From a virus, in the IMG/VR virus record IMGVR_UViG_3300002092_000035, positions 1-64,000 of that record: DNA of 64,000 nt; one strand, given 5' to 3'. Made by a program: the position numbers and the translations under genes. Of the stretch, positions 21,053 to 29,107 are shown in pieces. Every line of letters starts with the position of its first letter. Position 1 is the first letter of the stretch. Under the pieces are notes generated by a model. It was not told the origin of the DNA and did no database searches. It saw only the letters and a program-made list of their open reading frames with translations.

Positions 21053-22153
21053 ATGAATAATTATTTTCTAGGGCCTGACCGTACTATTGAAAAACGATTA
21101 GCGCCGCATCGGAATTTGACAACTCGACCAACCGACAAAAATTATATATACATTGAGTTTTTTGCAGACTATTCTCTTGTTGATGTGCATAAGTGTTTAA
21201 CGGATGATGAGTTAAAGCAGATTCGTGATGGGAATACTATTCTTGTGCTATCCAATACATATGAAGCTTTTCATCATATTGTTGAACCTATCTATAATGA
21301 GGTGGTGATCAAATTAAGTATACCCCCCGGAAATATCATATTAATGAGCGAGTCCGCAGACATTGATCAGGAAGTAAATCGAATTGCAGCAAAATATAAT
21401 CTACCTGAATTGCAATGCGAATGGTCCAGAATATATGAATACTACATTACCAAATATCGAGCGACAGGTAATTTTCCAATGTTAATTCATAAGCCATATG
21501 AAAAGAAATTTCTCAATTTCAATCGTCGCTGGAGACCGCATAGACCAGTGTTCGTCTCCTTGCTTAAGCTGCATGGCCTCCTAGATTCCGGTTATGTAAG
21601 CTTCGCGTCCGGACAGGACGAACCTGGCGATTGGAATAGAATCTGGGATGGAATTGTAACCATGGAACCATCATTAATTCCTCACAAAAACGAAATTGTG
21701 AATATGCCTCCGCTATACCTAGATTCTACAGATTTAGGAGAGCTTCTGATGTTTTTAACACCTGCAACTGAAGAATATTATGCAAACACTTACTTCAGTG
21801 TAGTAAGTGAAACAAACTTTTATGCTGAGTTAGGTCCAGGCTTATTTGCAAGCGAGAAAACATTTAAACCTATCATGATGAAACATCCGTTTATCCTGCT
21901 GAGTCGGCCACATTCGTTAGATATGCTACGAAAGATCGGCTATCAAACATTTGACGGTATCATTGATGAATCGTATGATCAGGAAGAAAATGATCAGAAA
22001 CGCATGATGATGGTTTTAGAAGAAACTAAACGATTGTCGTCATTGAATACCGAAGAACTCACTGACTTCCTCAACAATGCCAAAATCATATGTGAGCATA
22101 ATTACCAAACCTTACATGCTAAAACAGACTGGGTTACTAAAAAAGATCGATAA
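21053..22153 (+). CDS. glycosyltransferase-like protein
   Basis: NRRWRPHR, SVVSET, SEKTFKP, GYQTF..IDESYD; paralog of 33745. Confidence 0.6.
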   Translation: MNNYFLGPDRTIEKRLAPHRNLTTRPTDKNYIYIEFFADYSLVDVHKCLTDDELKQIRDGNTILVLSNTYEAFHHIVEPIYNEVVIKLSIPPGNIILMSESADIDQEVNRIAAKYNLPELQCEWSRIYEYYITKYRATGNFPMLIHKPYEKKFLNFNRRWRPHRPVFVSLLKLHGLLDSGYVSFASGQDEPGDWNRIWDGIVTMEPSLIPHKNEIVNMPPLYLDSTDLGELLMFLTPATEEYYANTYFSVVSETNFYAELGPGLFASEKTFKPIMMKHPFILLSRPHSLDMLRKIGYQTFDGIIDESYDQEENDQKRMMMVLEETKRLSSLNTEELTDFLNNAKIICEHNYQTLHAKTDWVTKKDR

Positions 22154-22240
22154 ATGCTAAATTCTGTAATTAGGGGTTGACAATGGTTACCCGTTTTGTT
22201 ATAGTGAATCATAGAGATTGAAACAAAGAAAGTTTGCATC

Positions 22241-22465
22241 ATGAACCGCTTTCAGATGATCAGCAACAACGGCAGCGTGTTTAAGGAAGCCACTGTCACC
22301 CTGTCTACCGTAGAAATGCCCCGATGGCCTGGAATCGACCTGGGATACACCTACGAATCCTGCTTGTTTAGTTCCGAAGAGTCCGAGGTTCTAGCCCGGT
22401 ACCATGATCGTAGCGAAGCGATTGCCGGACATGTTGAACTGGAAAAAAAGTTCAACTTGCAATAA
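22241..22465 (+). CDS. hypothetical early protein
   Basis: ORF after early promoter. Confidence 0.55.
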   Translation: MNRFQMISNNGSVFKEATVTLSTVEMPRWPGIDLGYTYESCLFSSEESEVLARYHDRSEAIAGHVELEKKFNLQ

Positions 22466-22473
22466 GTTTTCGG

Positions 22474-22502
22474 TTGACATTAGCATAAAGCAGTGCTAAG
22501 AT
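22474..22502 (+). promoter_or_regulatory. sigma70 promoter for leader/tRNA array
   Basis: TTGACA-N17-TAAGAT. Confidence 0.65.
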
Positions 22503-22576
22503 ACAAATAAGCTGAAGAAAGCGAAAAAACAGTAGTTAATTCAGCATAAAAATTTACAGGACTAAATACACTTACT

Positions 22577-22714
22577 ATGATGAACACTACTTGTCAGATA
22601 TCGCAGCAACATGGCCTCTGGGTAAGAGAAACCTCTATGGCATCAGTATTGCCAGCGTATCCAACAAGTATTCGCGGAGACTTTAATCAAACAAAAGGTC
22701 CGGGGATTAAGTAA
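22577..22714 (+). CDS. putative 45-aa leader peptide of tRNA operon
   Basis: MMNTTCQISQQHGLWVRETSMASVLPAYPTSIRGDFNQTKGPGIK; all 20 aa; directly before a terminator. Confidence 0.55.
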   Translation: MMNTTCQISQQHGLWVRETSMASVLPAYPTSIRGDFNQTKGPGIK

Positions 22715-22741
22715 ACAAGTCATCATAACTTAGTTTATTTA

Positions 22742-22780
22742 GGCCCTGGGAATCGCGAGACTCTCAGGGTTTTCCAGTTT
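22742..22780 (+). terminator. terminator/attenuator hairpin
   Basis: GGCCCTGGGA...TCTCAGGGTT followed by TT CCAG TTT. Confidence 0.6.
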
Positions 22781-23068
22781 AAAGTGCAAGTCGGAACGAG
22801 GCTGCAAAGCACTATAAAAAATGAACGGGCGGTGTTAGGGATGAAATCTGCGGAGGTAACGCAGAGAGTAAAAACTTTCAGTGAGGGACAATGTGATCCC
22901 TCGCAAGCGGGAAAGTCCGAAATGCTGGACAACATAATCTCGCTTGTCAACAAAAGGCTAACCTATATCATTTGACAACATCGTTGATCTAAACGACAGC
23001 CCCTAGACTTTTGAACTTTCTGGAAAAAGCACATCATCGGTGTTTTCAAATGCTATATACTTCTTTAT

Positions 23069-23142
23069 TGAGGGATCGTCTAAAGGTAAGACATTCGTTT
23101 TTGGTGCGAATTATCTGGGTTCGAGTCCTAGTCCCTCAGCCA
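23069..23142 (+). tRNA. tRNA-Gln(TTG)
   Basis: Cloverleaf, CCA. Confidence 0.9.
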
Positions 23143-23150
23143 ATTAATAT

Positions 23151-23226
23151 GCCGTCTTAGCTCAGTTGGTAGAGCGTCACACTAGTAATGTGAATGTCAG
23201 GGGTTCGAATCCTCTAGACGGCACCA
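23151..23226 (+). tRNA. tRNA-Thr(AGT)
   Basis: TCACA-CTAGTAA-TGTGA, CCA. Confidence 0.9.
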
Positions 23227-23240
23227 TAACTCCTTAACAT

Positions 23241-23318
23241 GCATCTGTATGCCGCCTGTCTTCGAAACAGGAGAAAGCTAATGGACACATGTAGGTTCGA
23301 GTCCTACCAGATGCGCCA
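23241..23318 (+). tRNA. atypical D-armless tRNA-Arg(TCG)
   Basis: Perfect acceptor, anticodon and T arms, no D arm, long variable region. Confidence 0.65.
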
Positions 23319-23337
23319 CATATTCCTTTCAAATAAC

Positions 23338-23412
23338 GGGTGATTAGCTCAGAGGCAGAGCAACGGGCCCTTAACCCGTAGGTCGAGATTTCGAAATTCT
23401 CATCACCCTCCA
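23338..23412 (+). tRNA. tRNA-Lys(CTT), C33
   Basis: ACGGG-CCCTTAA-CCCGT. Confidence 0.85.
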
Positions 23413-23420
23413 ATCTATAT

Positions 23421-23495
23421 TGAGGAATCGTCTAACTGGTAGGACGTGAGACCCTGAATCTCAAGACCTAGGTTCGAACCCTAGTTCCTCATCCA
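23421..23495 (+). tRNA. tRNA-Gln(CTG), C33
   Basis: TGAGA-CCCTGAA-TCTCA. Confidence 0.88.
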
Positions 23496-23584
23496 AATAT
23501 ATACTGATAATCGGTCGCAACGGGGTGATGTGAGTGTTGCGTGATTGAGGACGACCATCCTTCCTCTCCCACAGAAAGTTTCAT

Positions 23585-23658
23585 GTACGCTAAGTGTTAC
23601 GGTAGCACTCCTGGTTCCAACCCAGGCAGCGTGGGTTCAACTCCTACAGCGTATGCCA
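23585..23658 (+). tRNA. tRNA-Trp(CCA)
   Basis: CCTGG-TTCCAAC-CCAGG, G73. Confidence 0.85.
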
Positions 23659-23665
23659 ATTTCAT

Positions 23666-23743
23666 GCACCCGTAGCTCAGATGGATTAGAGCATACCGCT
23701 ACGAACGGTAAGGTCGGGAGTTCAAGTCTCTCCGGGTGTGCCA
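23666..23743 (+). tRNA. tRNA-Arg(ACG)
   Basis: Cloverleaf, CCA. Confidence 0.92.
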
Positions 23744-23762
23744 ATTTAACAAAGGAAACACA

Positions 23763-24143
23763 ATGAGTTATCATCTATTTCTAGACGATGTGCGTATGCC
23801 AGGTGATGCATCTTGGGTCAGGTTACCTTCAGCCCGATATGACATCGTCCGCAACTATGATGAGTTTGTAGAGTTTATTCAAGAACGCGGTGTTCCTGAA
23901 TTCGTGTCATTTGACCATGATCTTGCTGATCAACACTATGTTGCTATGCTACTAGAGTCACAAGGTAAACACGCTGATTACGGTCCTGAGAAGTCAGGAT
24001 ATGATTGTGCTAAGTGGCTTGTGAATTTCTGTGACGATCAAGGCGTGAAATTTCCTGGATATGCAGTGCATTCTATGAATCCTGCAGGAGCAGAAAACAT
24101 TATCAATTATATAGAGAATGCTAAAAAGCATCTGGGTCTATAG
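23763..24143 (+). CDS. cyclic-phosphate-processing receiver-domain protein
   Basis: LFLDDVR, SFDHDL, SGYDCAKW, VHSMNPAG; the end overlaps tRNA-Val. Confidence 0.75.
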   Translation: MSYHLFLDDVRMPGDASWVRLPSARYDIVRNYDEFVEFIQERGVPEFVSFDHDLADQHYVAMLLESQGKHADYGPEKSGYDCAKWLVNFCDDQGVKFPGYAVHSMNPAGAENIINYIENAKKHLGL

Positions 24144-24208
24144 TTCATCGGTAGAACGCTTCCTTGACATGGAAGAGGTGGTAGGTTCAATTCCTACTAG
24201 ACCCACCA
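24134..24208 (+). tRNA. tRNA-Val(GAC)
   Basis: Cloverleaf, CCA. Confidence 0.9.
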
Positions 24209-24291
24209 AAGTTTATGGCCCTGCATCTTAATAATGTTATATTCCAACCATAGCATCGTTTTGATAGAAAAACTCGGGGTCGCCAATTCAA

Positions 24292-24384
24292 GGAAGCGTG
24301 GCAGAGTGGCTTAATGCACCGGGCCGGAAACTCGGAATACCTGTAACAACGGGTGTCGTGAGTTCAAATCTCACCGCTTCCGCC
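24292..24384 (+). tRNA. tRNA-Ser(GGA), C33
   Basis: Class II, CCGGG-CCGGAAA-CTCGG. Confidence 0.88.
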
Positions 24385-24416
24385 AAAAGATATTTTACGC
24401 TGAGGTCATTTTTCGG

Positions 24417-24490
24417 TTGACTTTGGGCAGAGTATCATATACATTAAGAAAATAGAGAGAGCAGCGATGTTCTCTCGTTCTTTGACATCG
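24417..24490 (+). promoter_or_regulatory. promoter plus boxB/boxA antitermination-like site
   Basis: TTGACT-N17-TACATT; GAGAGAGCA-GCGA-TGTTCTCTC; GTTCTTTGACATCG. Confidence 0.65.
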
Positions 24491-24575
24491 TTAGAAAATA
24501 ATAAGTCTTACGGTGCTTGTGTCGTTTCCAGGTGCACAAGATTAAAGACGAAGCCGGTTCTCTCCGTCGCCGTTT

Positions 24576-24708
24576 AGACTTATTAAGTGAATGCATCACT
24601 ACGGAGATGTGACCCCGTAGCTCGTTCGTCTAGTTGGCTAGGACACCTGTCACATAGGAGAGATGAGTTCAAAGCTCATACGACACGATGCATTCTCTTA
24701 ATAAGTCT
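24576..24708 (+). ncRNA. long-stem cassette A enclosing a degenerate tRNA-Asp
   Basis: AGACTTATTAAGTGAATGCATC/GATGCATTCTCTTAATAAGTCT. Confidence 0.55.
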
Positions 24709-24935
24709 TGTATGATCTGGTGTTTTTAGGAAGGGAGTTCCTAGTGGCGAATTCTGTCGTTCTGACTAGTGACAGAGAGGATAGGTCAGTATCCTAGGGA
24801 AGTGCAATTCTTCCAAACTCTCTTCTTAAGAACATCATTAGTTGCTGGATTACTATTCTTCGGTGTCCATGGTCTGAAGAGGTGCGTACCAGTAGAGGAT
24901 CCCGGCACCTCTATAAAAACGAGGAAGAATTTACT

Positions 24936-25010
24936 GCTTAAGTAGCTCAGTGGTAGAGCGCGATCCTGAAGAGTTCGGCGTCGGTGGTTCGATCCCATCC
25001 TTAGGCACCA
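24936..25010 (+). tRNA. tRNA-Phe(GAA)
   Basis: Cloverleaf, CCA. Confidence 0.85.
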
Positions 25011-25017
25011 TTACAAT

Positions 25018-25041
25018 GCGAGTATGGCGAAATTGGTAGAC
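25018..25041 (+). pseudogene. 5' remnant of disrupted tRNA-Leu
   Basis: GCGAGTA-TGGCGAAATTGGTAGAC; acceptor partner at 25865-25875. Confidence 0.7.
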
Positions 25042-25084
25042 TAAATGATAAATAAGTGTGTCACCCAATTAAGGATACACTATT

Positions 25085-25756
25085 ATGAATAAAACAGGTC
25101 CCAAAAAAGCAGAACCAATTGTAACAACTGATCTATGTGAATACGGTTGTAACAATACTGCGGCATACAAAAACAAGTCAGGTAAATTGATGTGCGGTCC
25201 GAATGCTGCGTCTTGCCCTGAGATTAAAGAGAAAAATTCAGCAGGCGGCAAAAAAGCATATGCGTCTGCACTCAGACCATCTGCAACAGAAGCATATGAA
25301 ATGTTAAGCGACGATGCCAAATTGAACATGAAATGGAATGCGGGAAAAAGATTCGCAGACTTTTCATATCAAGGCAAAGGTCAGCATAAAAATGCATTAA
25401 TAGCAGAACGCGGATATAAGTGCGAAGGATGCGAACTCACTGAATGGAGAGGTAAACCAATAACATTGGAACTTGAGCACAAAAATGCTGATAGAAAAGA
25501 TAATACAAGAGAAAATCTTGAACTATTATGTCCTAACTGTCATGCTCAAACACCTACTTGGAGACGAGGGTTACAAGGATTGACAAAAGGTTTCAAGAAA
25601 AAAAGATACTCAGATGAAATCATGATTGATGCAATAAAGTCATCGCATACACTTAATGCTGTTTTAGAAAAATTGGATCTACGATATGGTTCAGCTAAGA
25701 CCATAGTTGATCTAATTTCAAAACATAATCTTTCCTTCATGAAAAAAGACGAATAA
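25085..25756 (+). CDS. HNH homing endonuclease
   Basis: CEGC..LELEHKN..N..NLELLCPNCH; paralog of 36962. Confidence 0.88.
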   Translation: MNKTGPKKAEPIVTTDLCEYGCNNTAAYKNKSGKLMCGPNAASCPEIKEKNSAGGKKAYASALRPSATEAYEMLSDDAKLNMKWNAGKRFADFSYQGKGQHKNALIAERGYKCEGCELTEWRGKPITLELEHKNADRKDNTRENLELLCPNCHAQTPTWRRGLQGLTKGFKKKRYSDEIMIDAIKSSHTLNAVLEKLDLRYGSAKTIVDLISKHNLSFMKKDE

Positions 25757-25761
25757 ATTTA

Positions 25762-25846
25762 GGGCATCTGCTGTAATGGTAGCCAGGCTGGTTTTAGAAA
25801 CCAGTGATGTAATGTCGTCTCGGTTCGAGTCCGAGGATGCCCACCA
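25762..25846 (+). tRNA. tRNA-Leu(TAG)
   Basis: Class II cloverleaf, CCA. Confidence 0.9.
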
Positions 25847-25854
25847 AATAAATG

Positions 25855-25875
25855 CGAGTCCCTCTACTCGCACCA
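25855..25875 (+). pseudogene. 3' remnant of disrupted tRNA-Leu
   Basis: CGAGTCCCTC-TACTCGC-ACCA pairs with 25018-25024. Confidence 0.7.
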
Positions 25876-25880
25876 AATAT

Positions 25881-25992
25881 GTCAGAGTAGCCCAAAGTTT
25901 AGACTGTTTCTTAAATATAAGAGGTTTTCTAACAGATAGAGGCAACCGGTATAAAGGTTCCAGTGAAGGTTTGAGTCCTTCCTCTGACACCA
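25881..25992 (+). ncRNA. tRNA-like RNA (Leu-like body, expanded D loop, no canonical anticodon arm)
   Basis: GTCAGAG/CTCTGAC-ACCA, T arm GAAGG-TTTGAGT-CCTTC. Confidence 0.55.
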
Positions 25993-26079
25993 AAATATCC
26001 ACTCGGTTCGAGTCCGAGCTAGGCATGGGGATGGCCTCCTATTGTTGAAGTGCTCACCGGGAGCGGATACTAAATCTAT

Positions 26080-26157
26080 GCCACTCTAGTGTTAGCGGTT
26101 AAAGCACACAAGTTTGTGGAACTTGGCGGGTAGGTTCGAATCCTACGAGTGGTACCA
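26080..26157 (+). tRNA. tRNA-His(GTG), no G-1, A73
   Basis: GCCACTC/GAGTGGT-ACCA preceded by T. Confidence 0.88.
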
Positions 26158-26158
26158 A

Positions 26159-26770
26159 TCAAAGTCTCATCTCAATGAGATGAGGATACTTTTTAGATAG
26201 AGCATCTAGGGTGATGCCTATGAAAGATAATGAAAATATAGAACGAACAGTCTCGATGTTTTCCACACTGTGGTATTGTTTGACATCTAGCCCATACCAT
26301 GATTGATCATTCATTTGGTAGATGCGATCTATCTCAGAACCGGCATATTTCATTTCTCCTGCAGCTAATGCATATCCTTCTTTATCATACTGATTATAAG
26401 TGATAGTCCTTACTTCGGTTCCTCCAGGAGAGAGTATGTAATTCAAAGTAGTGATCCTATACTGATCGGTGTGAGGGGGATATCTTGCTACAATAGAGGT
26501 ATCCTCATTTATTAAGCTTATTCCTCCAACATGTACGGTTTCTTCGAACAGATGACCGTACTCTTTTCTTCCTAACTCAGTCAATTCGCTGCTGCCTAGA
26601 TATGAACAAAATGCTAAGTTTTTTTCATTAGGATAATTACTATAAACCCAATGTCTGACATTGTTTATATAAACCATATCTTCTTCGGTTTTTGGTCTGT
26701 TGGCTATTTGGTTAAGTGACTCAAGTATTTCTTCACTAGGTTTAGGAAGATTCAATTTTAAATAGTTCAT
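26159..26770 (-). CDS. cupin/2OG-Fe(II)-like protein
   Basis: PHTD...HSVEN..R; likely start 26770; similar to 20386. Confidence 0.6.
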   Translation of the reverse strand: MNYLKLNLPKPSEEILESLNQIANRPKTEEDMVYINNVRHWVYSNYPNEKNLAFCSYLGSSELTELGRKEYGHLFEETVHVGGISLINEDTSIVARYPPHTDQYRITTLNYILSPGGTEVRTITYNQYDKEGYALAAGEMKYAGSEIDRIYQMNDQSWYGLDVKQYHSVENIETVRSIFSLSFIGITLDALSKKYPHLIEMRL

Positions 26771-26782
26771 ACAAGTATTTAT

Positions 26783-26866
26783 GCCCCGGTGGTGAAATGG
26801 GAGACACAGCAGACTCAAAATCTGCCGCTGCAAGGCGTGTTGGTTCGAGTCCGACCCGGGGCACCA
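26783..26866 (+). tRNA. tRNA-Leu(CAA)
   Basis: Class II cloverleaf. Confidence 0.92.
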
Positions 26867-26875
26867 AAAGTTTAC

Positions 26876-26910
26876 GGTCCTGTAGCTCAACGGTAGTGCG
26901 GTGTCCTTAA
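26876..26910 (+). pseudogene. 5' half of a truncated tRNA (ends in anticodon loop CTTA)
   Basis: GGTCCTG-TAGCTCAACGGTAGTGC-GGTGTC-CTTAA with no 3' half. Confidence 0.65.
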
Positions 26911-26949
26911 TTCTAATCTAAGATAAATAATCATAGCAGGAGAAATGCC

Positions 26950-27597
26950 ATGATTAGAACAAAATTGCTTTGTGAGAAATGCAACATTGAAATTAGTAAA
27001 TCAAATTTCAAGAAGCATGATTTATCATGCGATGGTCCTAAAATAAAAAAGATTAGAGGAATTGATTTTGATCCTAATCATGGATATAAGAACGGAACAA
27101 GAAAGGCATGGAACTTTGGTCTTACGGATGAAACTGATAAGAGAGTAAAAAGCCTTAACGACAAAGTGAGAGAGACAAAATCCAAGAATGATTATTCGGG
27201 ATGGAATCATTCTGATAAAACAAAAGAAACTCTTTCAATACTAGCTTGTTCTAGGTTAGCAAAGCATTCAAAATATTCTAAGAATGTTGAGTATAAACCA
27301 GGTATAATATTAGAATCTTCTTATGAAGTGAGTGTTGCAGAAATTTTAGATGAATTGAACATAGTGTGGGAAAAAGTAAGGCAAGGATATGTATGGAATG
27401 ATAACGGTAAACGCCGTAGATATATCCCAGATTTTTATATTCCAAAATACAATGTGTTTCTAGACCCAAAAAATGATTACCTGATCAACAAAGATAAGGT
27501 CAAAATAGAAAGTGCAATGGCTATGAATAATATAGTGGTTCACGTTCTATCAGCATCTCAAATTAATCGCGAATACATATCAAGTTTATTTCTGTAG
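26950..27597 (+). CDS. PD-(D/E)XK-type homing endonuclease
   Basis: N-terminal CxxC..H..C, NUMOD-like, ESSYE..YIPDFY..LDPK. Confidence 0.8.
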   Translation: MIRTKLLCEKCNIEISKSNFKKHDLSCDGPKIKKIRGIDFDPNHGYKNGTRKAWNFGLTDETDKRVKSLNDKVRETKSKNDYSGWNHSDKTKETLSILACSRLAKHSKYSKNVEYKPGIILESSYEVSVAEILDELNIVWEKVRQGYVWNDNGKRRRYIPDFYIPKYNVFLDPKNDYLINKDKVKIESAMAMNNIVVHVLSASQINREYISSLFL

Positions 27598-27615
27598 TTT
27601 AACAGTAACGATTTT

Positions 27616-27707
27616 GGACGGGCATCTGGTGGTGGCAAGGGTCTTATAATCCCTTTGGTCAGCTGATTACTGATTTGCTGAGAGTTCGATCCTCTCCCTG
27701 TCTACCA
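27616..27707 (+). tRNA. tRNA-Ile(TAT) with long variable arm
   Basis: GGACGGG/CCTGTCT-ACCA; AGGGT-CTTATAA-TCCCT. Confidence 0.75.
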
Positions 27708-27815
27708 ACATTCACGCTGCCCTGACTGCGAAGAGGGGAACTCGCTACCCGCAAGGGAAAAGTTGGAACAAGACAGCGGGTCCAACAGCGTGACACTATT
27801 TTAGAAAGAGGAAAA

Positions 27816-28046
27816 ATGTCTAGAAAAGCTGATCTAAAGGATGATCTGAATAAGCATACACTGACATATGTCAAGCATACAGTTGAAGAGATTAAAAGGT
27901 TGCGACACTGGTTTGCCGGATTCCAAGCAGCAGGTGGCACCCTTCCGGCATGTGAACAGAGTTTTAGTGCGTTGCACAAAGCACACATTCTGTTAGACGA
28001 CTATGCAAGTTTGATAGAAAAACACAGAAAGCTTGATAAAGACTAG
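27816..28046 (+). CDS. hypothetical protein
   Basis: GAGG RBS. Confidence 0.55.
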   Translation: MSRKADLKDDLNKHTLTYVKHTVEEIKRLRHWFAGFQAAGGTLPACEQSFSALHKAHILLDDYASLIEKHRKLDKD

Positions 28047-28114
28047 CCGATCATCGTTGATCGTGGCATAAATAGTGTCATAGGTTTTGCCTATAACACA
28101 CAGAGAGTCACCCA

Positions 28115-28483
28115 ATGAAAAAAATATTCGTAGCACTAGCAGTGCTATTGTCCATATGGACACCGTCTGTATCCTTTGCTAATCCTAATGAAGGAGTTGA
28201 CAGATATGTTTTCTTACAAAAAACGATTGAACGCAAAGATGTTCGTATAATAGTAGTAACATACAAATCATACGGCGAACTTGAAGCAGCAGTAAGGTCG
28301 CACATCGGTGCTGACCCAAAATATAGTGCTATCAGGGCTCATAGAGTCCAAGCATTCAGCGTCCTTCAGAAGCCCAACTACGATGTATGTACTATTCACA
28401 TGATTGACCCTATCATCTCATATGAGCCTGAATATATAGGACACGAGTTGATGCACTGTGTATACGGTGAATTTCACAAATAA
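28115..28483 (+). CDS. secreted HExxH-containing protein
   Basis: Signal peptide; GHELMHC. Confidence 0.65.
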   Translation: MKKIFVALAVLLSIWTPSVSFANPNEGVDRYVFLQKTIERKDVRIIVVTYKSYGELEAAVRSHIGADPKYSAIRAHRVQAFSVLQKPNYDVCTIHMIDPIISYEPEYIGHELMHCVYGEFHK

Positions 28484-28487
28484 TTAC

Positions 28488-28782
28488 GCGCCGATAGCTC
28501 AATTGGTTAGAGCCGACCGCTTACTGTAATATGTGGGCCTCTATGATGGAAACATTATAGATGTAAGTGATCAAATTCGGGGAACCCTTTCAAATGGCGA
28601 TCCCGAGCCAAGCCCTGCAAAGGGAAGGTGTAGAGACTAGACGGTCACCATCTAAGTCGTAAGATATGATGAAGGTATAGTCCAGACCACAAATCGGTCG
28701 TCTTTTATATGACCGAGTAACGAAAGCTATAGTGGTAAGCATAACGGTCTGGTTGGGGGTTCGAGTCCCTCTCGGCGCACCA
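28488..28782 (+). tRNA. tRNA(CAT), Ile2-like, interrupted by group I intron
   Basis: GCGCCGA/TCGGCGC-ACCA; spliced arm GACCG-CT^CATAA-CGGTC. Confidence 0.85.
28522..28739 (+). mobile_element. group I intron (IC3-like, about 218 nt, no ORF)
   Basis: P AAATTCGGGGAA, Q ATCCCGAGCC, R GTAGAGACTAGACG, S AAGGTATAGTCC, terminal G. Confidence 0.85.
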
Positions 28783-28888
28783 AATATATATACATATGCA
28801 TTTAAGCATAAGTATATATGGGATTTGCTTCCTAATAGGCACGAGATGGGTCACGGTTAGCCCATCACCCTTTAAAAGGATAACAGTA

Positions 28889-29086
28889 ATGAAACAGATT
28901 GACAAAAGTTTTGGATACGGAATCTATCATAACCGAGTAGCGGTCATCCAAGAGAATGGTGACAAATATTTTGTTGATCTGTATCTAGATGAGATCCTTC
29001 ATAGAACAGTTGATGTTTCTGATAGGTCGCTTCGGTATGCAGAAGATACTGCGGAAAATTGGACTACAGGAATAATCAAAGACTAG
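28889..29086 (+). CDS. hypothetical protein
   Basis: AGGA RBS. Confidence 0.55.
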   Translation: MKQIDKSFGYGIYHNRVAVIQENGDKYFVDLYLDEILHRTVDVSDRSLRYAEDTAENWTTGIIKD

Positions 29087-29107
29087 ACACAGAAAACAGG
29101 AGTAATC

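Noticed and set aside
22880-22965. RNase P RNA (GGGAAAGTCC ... ACAAAAGGCTAA)
   Set aside because: Motifs are only ~35 nt apart and P4 would have 4 bp; far too small
25018-25875. Group I intron carrying the HNH within tRNA-Leu
   Set aside because: No P/Q/R/S core, the anticodon arm is missing from both remnants, and an intact tRNA lies inside
25718-26048. ORFs overlapping tRNA genes (also 22735, 22784, 23545, 24786, 38094, 38298, 38514)
   Set aside because: Shadow ORFs over structured RNAs, with no RBS or protein motifs
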